This document shows, piece after piece, positions 31,401 to 39,300 of a stretch of 64,000 nucleotides of DNA (positions are counted from its first letter, which is position 1; the number at the start of each line of letters is the position of its first letter). The notes under the pieces are model-generated. The model had not been told where the DNA came from. It worked only from the letters and a program-made list of their open reading frames with translations, and searched no databases. Made by a program: the position numbers and the translations under genes. The stretch covers positions 1 to 64,000 of IMG/VR virus record IMGVR_UViG_3300025684_000014; one strand, 5' to 3'. The DNA is from a virus.

Positions 31401-32301
31401 CAATCCATGTTACTTTGTTTTGTAATTTTGGAGCGAGTTCTTCTCTTAAAATATTTCTCATAGACATCGGCTGAAATACTTCTAGCCCACCTGAAAATAT
31501 TTTATTGAACGCAGCTCTCCCACCTGTGCCTTGTTCAAAATGTTGCTTAATTACGCTCTCATCAACCCTGCCTTCATTTATAGCAGAGTAAAACTCTCTT
31601 TTATTCTGTATATCTGCATATATTTCACCTGTACTTGGATCTATTGCTCTACTACCTGCATATTTTCTCAAAGATTCTTCTGAAACCATTTGTTCTGCTT
31701 GAAAGAAATCTTCTTTAATAAGTCTTTCTTCTATTTCGTCTAATAAGATTTTGCTTGCGTTTTTAACTTCTTGCGCAGCTGCGTCAGGCGTTAAACTAGG
31801 ATTTATACGCATTAAAGTTTCTGTATATTTTAACTCTTTAAAGGATAAATCAGTTAAAGAGGATAATTCAGATTGAATACTTTTATATGCGGACTCACCT
31901 TTTGCAGGATTAATTAATGCATTTGCAGTAGGAAAATATGCATAACCTTTTTTACTTGCAGGCTCATAAATACCGATCTGAGTAATACTATCTGAACCTA
32001 ATTTTCCTGAAGTTTCAATATCAAGCACTACGGACTTTTTAAGTATTGCATCTGCAGTACCAAGTGCCTTAGGTTCTGTAAGCGAAATTACTGAGCCATC
32101 TTTTCCACTTACAGATACATCCACAATAGCATTTTTAGAATTTACCATATTAATTCTAGCAGTGCTATCAGTCATTACTTCTTTGGGATTCAAAGCTACA
32201 TAAGTTACATGTGTATCACCTTTTTTATCTAGATAAGTGATAATTACTTTTTGTACTTCTTTAGTATTATTTATATATGCAAAATGTTTATTCCTCATCA
32301 A
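28471..32301 (-). CDS. large protein with an N-terminal DnaQ/DEDDh-like exonuclease and a C-terminal staphylococcal nuclease (thermonuclease) domain
   Basis: ExoI VVLDIETSG, ExoII-like WIANAAFE, ExoIII-like ELHSGLGD; SNase motifs DADTL, IRLAGIDAPE, YGRQVG, NLELVKRGFA, RGMW. Confidence 0.75.
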   Translation of the reverse strand: MMRNKHFAYINNTKEVQKVIITYLDKKGDTHVTYVALNPKEVMTDSTARINMVNSKNAIVDVSVSGKDGSVISLTEPKALGTADAILKKSVVLDIETSGKLGSDSITQIGIYEPASKKGYAYFPTANALINPAKGESAYKSIQSELSSLTDLSFKELKYTETLMRINPSLTPDAAAQEVKNASKILLDEIEERLIKEDFFQAEQMVSEESLRKYAGSRAIDPSTGEIYADIQNKREFYSAINEGRVDESVIKQHFEQGTGGRAAFNKIFSGGLEVFQPMSMRNILREELAPKLQNKVTWIANAAFESTQFGGQIDAYAKEAFEALNTDRVAKGLDPIKESTFIKGFGSGRYEQELIDLNLTRAADKQLITKNPFFGTVESISTMSGKPFFVTGEDFTRARAMAQKTGDWSKLWKTFLETTTEGSVRDILDLPKMQQSMLIKSGLMTSSEVPTSFGVEVQARLYGFLEQQRKGKSVEESAYRLFQKELHSGLGDTALSETPILREALDQINALDIVMNKKDGSEDLLKQAMKGEGAYYRAVQYGQLMDFLNQPLRDASGTVIESLHDVHLKARAGRYALDIAEQGYYETRESAPGLKPVRVTSEVGGLEKQSHNFISPTKATKKTSFGEMLEDIMDLPEYKMARKDVVKQEILTHFKGTYDESTMEIKDLDLFRSKALSYSESAGAQIESMERHFSAQGFQNDLKASIEKMVVSNRGRKTKATVTQSTLSASERIGTSAENLKRIDPVLDSSPERNIVSSFKESVEQKISKSFSFKDAVFSKVGKGVLGAIALFGASSLASVGKAPLDQGQAKSLLMPTYEKWLERKQQIDPNFGRYNEIEGMQENGLAALLRKATTDFGSPYRNPGYSMSVLENHQVRRERERYMSAKFAERYFSEKGDIGFFLKSFIDSSFREQLGVSLKQGYSPAGSPLDPRRYPSKHLANRPELSEHILEGRSVTVEDADTLTIKKGGRDVSIRLAGIDAPETAHGGRSAQPFAEQAKALVSEMLANAKDVRIVTDNTDTTYGRQVGVVYADGKNLNLELVKRGFAAHLPYRGKGKEPLYDTKAFKQAEEMAYKSNRGMWSENYFKAYKELSVASGQTVTFNTLANPKKVAQNSNYMSMLGIMEKAEREGGISSVLKEEIASIGKVINSSDKPFEPDTRNGGWTETDLQTFGGTNNSILTVLDQQKYEIGSLMRTRNSKHQKDQFKSSKFNKNNLELTSSTLAKDVYQEEAVINNLAKQKRSMQAQIRLKRMEEMQQLANRNYFNSPIAHHRM

Positions 32302-33016
32302 TTAAAATCTCATGTTTGGAACCTCCAGCATCTACAGAATATAATGCTTCTCTAAGCATAGAGATTTCTTCTAATACTCTAGACTGGGTTTTGTTATCTT
32401 GCATCTTAGCCAACATTTTTGCTTTAGAGTCTCTTGTCTCTACTAAACGTTCAAGCCAACGCTCTCTACGCTTTTCAAGACGATCGATCATATCAATTAC
32501 AGGGTGAAGCTTAGTGTTTTCAGCTCGATCGCCGTTTTCATTAAATGCTACTACATCTCGTATTAAAAAATCTCTACCTTCTCCATTTTTATCGCCTTGA
32601 GAGAGTACTAATAAGCATCTGTTTTTATATAGATCGATAAGTGCTAACTCGTTCACAATAGACATTTCTACAGGGTTGGTTGGATCTACATCTAAGTATT
32701 GAACATAGTCTATTGTTTTCTGTTCAACTAAAGAGCGTTCCATAAGACATTCAAACCCAATAGGATAATCAGAATCATCGCCTGCAATTAACTTACCTTG
32801 ATCATCTCTTTCAACGAGTGGACATTTATCAAGAAAAGGGCATTTCTTTGGACCGAAACATAAAATAGGTGCCGAGGCATAGACTCCTGTTTTATAAGCT
32901 GTTATACGGCCTTGTACACGTCTTAATTTTTCAGGACTAAGTTTAGCTAAATATTTGTCATAAGCAGTGTCATTTGAAAGCTCTTGAAATAAAGCTAATT
33001 GTTTCTCTTCAGACAT
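32288..33016 (-). CDS. hypothetical protein, first gene of the late operon (terminase small subunit possible)
   Basis: 242 aa with a Cys cluster and helical C-terminus; function is positional speculation only. Confidence 0.35.
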   Translation of the reverse strand: MSEEKQLALFQELSNDTAYDKYLAKLSPEKLRRVQGRITAYKTGVYASAPILCFGPKKCPFLDKCPLVERDDQGKLIAGDDSDYPIGFECLMERSLVEQKTIDYVQYLDVDPTNPVEMSIVNELALIDLYKNRCLLVLSQGDKNGEGRDFLIRDVVAFNENGDRAENTKLHPVIDMIDRLEKRRERWLERLVETRDSKAKMLAKMQDNKTQSRVLEEISMLREALYSVDAGGSKHEILIDEE

Positions 33017-33312
33017 ATTAAAAATCCTTTTATATATTTAAATATATTATATTAATAAATTTCTATTATATCAATTTAAAAAATTTCAGTAAAAAATTTA
33101 GATTTAAGGATTGGGTAAGAATCTAAAAAGTTTTTTAAACAAGGGGGTAGGGTAAAAAATCCAATAGTGGGAAATGAAAATATAGACTGTTTTTGGGGGT
33201 ATTATATTTTAATGTGGTTTTCAACCCTTAAAGTTGGGAGGCCACCCGGGGTAAAGACTTCCCGGTCCGCGTCGGAGAATTAGTCAATCGGGCGATATGC
33301 CCACATTCTTGT

Positions 33313-33336
33313 TGTCAGGTTCAAGACGTTAAAACC
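33313..33336 (+). ncRNA. compact H-type pseudoknot (repeated island motif)
   Basis: TGTC-aGGTTcaa-GACG-TTAA-AACC, immediately before the SD of 33350. Confidence 0.5.
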
Positions 33337-33349
33337 AAAGGAAGTCGTC

Positions 33350-33964
33350 ATGACTACTATCATCAACACCCTCAATATCCTCTTCGCCCTCATCATCAGC
33401 ACTTCTGTCTTGGCTTGCCCTCCATCACAACAACACCAAAACCTCCCCTCAAACGAGGTAGTAGAAAGTGCAATCATCGACTTCCAAGAAGAGGTCAAAG
33501 CCTTCGAAGTCCTTGGTGATGAATGGGGTCGTTACATGGGGATGATAGAGGAGTTGAACCAACTCCCCATAGTAGACAAAAGAAGAGATAAAGTAACAGA
33601 TCTTTTCATAAAGGTGAATAAGTACACTCTTTTTGGCTACCCAACCCATATCCGCTCCGATAGGAATAGTGCCTTTTATAACGATTTGGTAGCCAAAAAG
33701 TACGGCAGCCAAGTGTCTTTCGGCATTGGTCCGGATGGTTTCATGGGCAAGATTGTACTTGCTCACGAAATCGGTCATAGCTTTGGTTATGGCGAGGCGG
33801 ATGCAGATTATTTTGCCGCGTCTACCGATTACGATATGTGGGATCTAGCAGAGTATTACCTGACTAAAAAAGACCCAACTGATTGGGATTCCTTGGAGAA
33901 GGGCTCCAAGGACTATTTGCCCAATGGCATTAGACTCAGGTTGATGGCGATACCCTTCATGTAG
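33350..33964 (+). CDS. secreted zincin-like metallopeptidase
   Basis: Signal peptide; VLAHEIGHSFG (HExxH) followed by EADADYFA. Confidence 0.65.
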   Translation: MTTIINTLNILFALIISTSVLACPPSQQHQNLPSNEVVESAIIDFQEEVKAFEVLGDEWGRYMGMIEELNQLPIVDKRRDKVTDLFIKVNKYTLFGYPTHIRSDRNSAFYNDLVAKKYGSQVSFGIGPDGFMGKIVLAHEIGHSFGYGEADADYFAASTDYDMWDLAEYYLTKKDPTDWDSLEKGSKDYLPNGIRLRLMAIPFM

Positions 33965-33968
33965 TAGT

Positions 33969-34099
33969 AACTCTGGCTCCGGCCCTCTTCGGAGGTGTCT
34001 GGAGCCGAAACTAGACTGACAAGCCCTTAGGGGCTGTCAGGTCAGGTCTTGACAAGCCTGTTTACTAGTCGCGCGGAACGCGCCTGATGAGTCAGAGTT
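33969..34099 (+). ncRNA. hammerhead ribozyme HH1 (type II)
   Basis: C-GAAA(34007-10)-CTAG...CTAG-TC, cut after 34070; stem I GCGCG-GAA-CGCGC; CTGATGA(34084-90)-G. Confidence 0.85.
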
Positions 34100-34159
34100 G
34101 TTTCTACTATCAGCAACCTCGTGTCAGCACAGACATTAAAAGCAGAAAAGGAGCGGCGT

Positions 34160-34669
34160 ATGGCTGCTTTCATCATCAATCTTTTCCAGTTCGCACTGGT
34201 TGTTCTTTTTTCTCTGCCTGTCTTTGGGCAGATGACCGTCTCTGTTGAGACTTCTTACGATGGTATGGCCAATACCACTACAGTTTCTCTCAAGGATGTC
34301 GTCTTGCTCAACATCACAGAGAACCGTGATACTACAGGCATTTGCACTGTCATCTACGCAGAGGGGGATATCCCACCGCATAAGATGGAGGCAATCATGA
34401 GCTTGGAGAACCTGTGCGCAAAATATAACCGCGCGCAAAAGTTGGCTGACGAACTCGCCAAAGAGTTTGGTACGTCTCGTTATCAAGCCCTGAAGGTCGT
34501 CTTAGAGAGCGCCTTTGGGTGGAATGAGCGCTATCAGATCTATCCCACCAAGGGCATTATCTTCGAGGCTAAGAAAATCGCGCGTAAATATCTGCGCTTA
34601 AAGAAGAAGGTTGAGAAAAAGAAAATGAGCAAGCGTCTCATTAGAGATGCACTCGGATCTCGCCGATAA
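34160..34669 (+). CDS. secreted/membrane hypothetical protein
   Basis: AAGGAG SD; signal peptide MAAFIINLFQFALVVLFSLPVFG; basic C-terminus. Confidence 0.65.
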   Translation: MAAFIINLFQFALVVLFSLPVFGQMTVSVETSYDGMANTTTVSLKDVVLLNITENRDTTGICTVIYAEGDIPPHKMEAIMSLENLCAKYNRAQKLADELAKEFGTSRYQALKVVLESAFGWNERYQIYPTKGIIFEAKKIARKYLRLKKKVEKKKMSKRLIRDALGSRR

Positions 34670-34723
34670 CCCTTTGCCTTGAAGAAGGCGTTATAAATAC
34701 TAGCCTCGGGGTCGCACTTACCC

Positions 34724-34805
34724 AAGCGAAACTGGAACTAGTTTAACTAGGTAGAGAATTAGCACACTCTTTTATCCAGTCTAAGGAAGCCTTACTGACG
34801 AGCTT
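34724..34805 (+). ncRNA. hammerhead ribozyme HH2 (type II)
   Basis: AAGC-GAAA-CTGGA...TCCAG-TC, cut after 34781; TAAGG-AAG-CCTTA; CTGACGA-GCTT. All three stems are perfect. Confidence 0.92.
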
Positions 34806-34817
34806 TCATAACCCTTT

Positions 34818-34850
34818 ACTCTTAGCCTCGAGAGTTAAAATATTGCAGGC
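34818..34850 (+). ncRNA. compact H-type pseudoknot (repeated island motif)
   Basis: ACTCT-taGCCTcg-AGAGT-TAAAA...AGGC, abutting the GGAG SD of 34861. Confidence 0.5.
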
Positions 34851-34860
34851 GGAGATAGCT

Positions 34861-35658
34861 ATGTCTTTCATCATCAACCTCTTCCAGTTCGCCCTCATCA
34901 TCCTTTTCGCACTCTCCGCCTTCGGAGAGGTGGTATGTACCGCCGCTAAGGTGCAGGCCAATGAAGTCTCAATTACTCATGGGTACTACTTGTACCCTGA
35001 GTGCGTTAAGGCGCCAGAACCACCGAAACCTCAACCTAAGGAGGCGAAGCAGGTCATCGACCTCGAAGCCTCAATTAAAGCTTTCCTCAAAGAGGAGTGG
35101 AGGAAGGAGGTTAATTCCACTACCTGGTGGAAAGACCGCGTGGAGGAAAACCCCAAGCGCTTCAAGGAGGTTGAAAAAGCCTTCTTTGCTGTTTGGGGGA
35201 AGTCTCCCCTCGAGCAGCAGAAACTGGCACTCGCACTCTGTCTCGTTGAGACTGGGTGCGGGTTCGGAGAGATGCGCAATTGGCGAGTTCGCGGTAAAAA
35301 GTGGACCCGTCACAAGCGTTTCTTTGAGACGCACAAATTCCTTTCTCGGGCGGGGGCTTGCGGTATCACCCAGGTGGTACCGCAGGTCCTCGGCCTGCGA
35401 TGTGCCGACGCGAACGCCTCTTATCTCGCGGCTTTCAAGCTGCAGAAGAGGTGGCTGGAGGAAAAATGGAATGATGGTATTAAGGGCGGGGCTCGAATCC
35501 ACCTCAAAGACCACAAGGTCTGGCTCACCCCCATCCAGCGTGGCGGCAAGACCACCTACTACCCTTACCGTTACAACGGTGGGGGAAAAAGCGCCTGGAA
35601 TTACGGGCGCAAGTGGAAAGTCGCTTATGATGGGATTGTTCTTATTAAAAAAGAGTGA
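34861..35658 (+). CDS. secreted lytic transglycosylase (SLT/lysozyme-like)
   Basis: Signal peptide; catalytic-type LVETG, SRAGACGITQV and YNGG motifs. Confidence 0.65.
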   Translation: MSFIINLFQFALIILFALSAFGEVVCTAAKVQANEVSITHGYYLYPECVKAPEPPKPQPKEAKQVIDLEASIKAFLKEEWRKEVNSTTWWKDRVEENPKRFKEVEKAFFAVWGKSPLEQQKLALALCLVETGCGFGEMRNWRVRGKKWTRHKRFFETHKFLSRAGACGITQVVPQVLGLRCADANASYLAAFKLQKRWLEEKWNDGIKGGARIHLKDHKVWLTPIQRGGKTTYYPYRYNGGGKSAWNYGRKWKVAYDGIVLIKKE

Positions 35659-35708
35659 CCCCCATTTTCCCTCGCATACTTTTACCTGAAAGGTAAGGGA
35701 GCGTGAGG

Positions 35709-35738
35709 GACGACCTAAATAAGTCGTTAAACTGTTTG
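35709..35738 (+). ncRNA. compact H-type pseudoknot (repeated island motif)
   Basis: GACGAC-cTAAATAa-GTCGTT-AAAC-TGTTTG. Confidence 0.5.
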
Positions 35739-35740
35739 AA

Positions 35741-35811
35741 AAATCCTAGGGTCTCTTTACCTAGGTCGAAACGCTTTTTTGCGTCGCGGGAAGCCCGCCT
35801 GATGAGTATTT
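35741..35811 (+). ncRNA. hammerhead ribozyme HH3 (type II)
   Basis: C-GAAA(35768-71)-CGC-T6-GCG-TC, cut after 35785; GCGGG-AAG-CCCGC; CTGATGA-G. Confidence 0.85.
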
Positions 35812-36325
35812 ACTATCAGAACTCTTACCATGGTTTTTCTTTATAAGAACTTATCATGGCTAGTTACTAGTACAGAAGTTAATAACAGACGAGGTCTGGC
35901 TTCTTGTGACTGGTACAATTCACACATTCTCTTAGCTAAAACATGCTACAGCTTAGAGTCTTATTGATTGTATGTAAATATTCGTCAACACCCTCCCTCT
36001 GCCAAAAGATTAAATTAACACTGGTTCTGTAACAGAACGAAGCATAGGCAGCGTCACTCGCTAGCCATCCGGGTTTCACGATAAAACAACCCAGGCTCTA
36101 CATACGAGCAAAAAAAAATCGTGGGGTACGCTTCTCCCGTTACATGTAATGGTCCTTAGCCTCCTCTCTGCGCAAGGCAAGACGGCTCCCCAGAACCTAT
36201 TTAATCAGCTTGGACTGTAGTCAGCAGTAATTGACCCGATGGAATGCCTTCCAGGAGGCGCACACAATTTTTTAGAGGACCTGGAATTCCTCTTCTCACT
36301 CACTGGTAAAAGGAGAAATCTTACC

Positions 36326-39300
36326 ATGAGTAATCTTAACAAACCCCGCAAGACGGCGTTTGATCGACTGTCCGCTGAGCAGCAGCTCAACTGGCAGAAG
36401 ATCAGCGTCGCTTGCGAGAACGACGAGGGGTGCACTGCCCCTCTTGCTCGCAAGAGCAAAAAAGTCGTCAAAGTGCCCCGCCCTAAGCGTCGTCAGGCGC
36501 AAAGGGCGGCCAAGCGCGTTGAGCGCCAGAACCGCCTTGAGAGCACCATCAACAACCTCAGCACAACCTCTGAGGGCCCTAGCGCCCTCAAGGCTCTCTT
36601 TGAGGGCCTAATGGTTAGTGTGTTGGTGATCGGAATGGTGATGGGCTTCTTTGCCCTCACCAACGACACCAACACGCAGTCTATCGGCTTCGATAATGGT
36701 GGTGTGTACGCCGTGAACTCTGGGAGCTCCGTGAAGAACGCGGACATCACCAGCCGCCAAGGCGCTGTGAACGCGATTGACACCATCGATCTCGCCCTTG
36801 ACCTCGCTATCAAGCACGCCCCTTCACAGAGCGCTGACCTCGGCGCTTTGGGGCTTCCTCCTCGCAGGAGGAATGACTTTGAGGGTGACGCACCCTTAAA
36901 TCCCATGAAGGGTGATCACCTCCAGAAGTTCTGGAAAAATTATCTGCACGAGCGCGCCATTTTTGAGAGCAAGCAGACCTATGCACGTCGTAAGCGTGCT
37001 TTGATCGCTCGCCTCAAGAGGGCGCAAAAGCAGGCGGCGGCAGCCCACGCCAAGAAGATGAACGCTCACGCGAACATCCTCACCGGCCAGCTCTGCTACC
37101 TCTCGAAGCGCGCCCAAGAGCACAGCGACGAGGATTTGTTGATTCAGGTCAACAAGGCCTTTGAGCTTGCTCAGGCCGCGAAGAGCGAGGAAGAGATCAT
37201 CGACCTGGTCCGTGCTCTCGAGCGTGAGATCAATGGCGACCTCTGGCGCTTTGACAACACCATTTACTTCCAGTACGAGTGTGACGCCCGTCGCTCTGCT
37301 GGTACTTCTGATCAGACGGGCAAAAAGGAGAAAAAGACATTGCGTAAAGCATTTGTCTTTGCAATTAAGCTCATTGCCGCGATGATCATCTTTAAGCTTC
37401 TTCAAGGGTTCTTCCCTGAGGATAGCTTTGGGTTGATCTTCGTTGCTGTGGTCGGCGGGACTGATGTTCCTACCGATTTTGTGGGCGACGATCTTGAGAC
37501 GGTTGCTGAGAAGCTTCAGCCTCACAGCAACCTTGGGCAGGCCCTTGCGTCCATCGAGCGTCGTATGGGGCACTTGCCGATGAGCACCATGACCCTCCTC
37601 CCTGGAGGTGATGGCGCACCAAAGGTCATCTTTAAGACCAACGGGCGCGACAACATCGGCCTTGTGCCCTTCGCTCAGGCGTTTGGTCTCGAGGCTTTGG
37701 GCGAGGACGACGTGCTTCTTATCGAGGCTAATGGCGTTCAGCAGGACGCCATCAACGAGGCTTGCCAGGCGTTCGTCCAAAAGGGCTATCGTCCAGTCGG
37801 TACGCGAATGCTCATTAAGGCGTTCAACGACGATGGGACTAGGGCTCTTGGCGCTGATTATATCGAGGCTATCGACGTCTTCCTTGGCAAAATGGTTGAC
37901 GTCAGGTCTTACTTCAGCCTGGGCAGTGCTCCTGCGCTTAAGACCTTCACCCTCGATGACGACATCTACACCGAGCGCGAGGGCGAGGACGAGGGCCGTA
38001 AGGTCTTGTGGTTCACGGGTAAGGCCAAGCACATTTTTGCCGATCTCGACGGCGTTGAGGGTGGCCTTCCCATCTCCGAGAAGGCAATGGAGGCGATCTT
38101 CGGCTCCAAGAACCCCGGTCAGCCACGCTTGATCGTCAAGCTGTGTGACGGCGTGGCTGCGATGGTCAAGGGTAACTTTGCCCCTATGGCTGTCCGCGCC
38201 TTCTTGCAGGCTGACGGCTCCTGGAAGTTCCTCACCCGTGCTCATTTCGAGAACACCGATGAGGGTAAGGCTGAGTGGCGCAAGGGCTATGACTTCGTCT
38301 TCATCGAGGACGACACGCCCAAGGGCCGTGGGAAAGACCAGCTCAAGACCGAGGATATCAAGCTCTTCGACGCGAATGGTAAGATCTCGGGCTGGCTCAT
38401 CGCTCAGGCCAAGAATGAGCAAGGCAAAAGCTTGGTTTCGTACCAGGTGCTCGCTCTCGTAGCCAAGAGTGCCGGCCTTGATGCAATCGCTGCGCACATG
38501 GAGAGCTTGATCTCTAACAGTGTGCAGAAGAGCGTTGATCAGGTCGAGCGCGATCTTGACAAGCTCGACATCCCTGGTGCTACCGTGAGCGACTTGGAGA
38601 AATTCAAGGAGCTCTTGAGCGCCATCGCACCCGGGTCTGCCCGCCAGACTCGTAAGAACCACCTTGGCTTCGGTGCTGAGGTGTTCACTGGCTACATCCA
38701 CATGAACGTGCTCATTAAGAAGGGCACAATCGTCGTGGGTGATGGCTTCGGCCTCAACAACCGTGCGATGGTCAAGCGCCGCGGCAAGTTTGGTGCAGAG
38801 GATGCTTGCGGCGGTAAGAACCCCATTCTCGACCACCAGCAAACGTGGGTCGGCAAGCTGATCCGCATTGGTGACGTCCAAAAGCTCAGGGAGAGCTTGG
38901 ACAACGGCAAGCCTCTCAGCGACGAAGAGAAGGCTTTTGCTGCTGACTTGTTTGGTGCTGACAAGCTCGATAAGGTCATTTGGATGACCGAGCAGATCAA
39001 GTGGGTTTTGAGCTTCGCTCCTGCGCTCACCCGTGGCTCGATCCTCATGAACGCAGAGGACGTCGCTGACCTTGCGGGTGATGATGACGGGGACCAGCTC
39101 TGGTTCTCGTTCGGAGATGAGCGCATCCTCGAGGTGTTCCGCCTCATCAAAGACCAGGCACAGGGCAATACGCTCTATGCCATTGAGAACAATAAGGGTG
39201 CTCAGCTCCCCTCCGAGACGGGGGCTAGAGACTTTAAAGATCTCTTGACCGCAGAAGGTGACGAGCTTACCGCGCTCTGCCGGTTCATCATGGCTCCTAA

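Noticed and set aside
34961-35689. 242-aa alternative-frame ORF over the transglycosylase gene
   Set aside because: Ser/Arg-rich off-frame translation typical of GC-rich coding DNA; no SD
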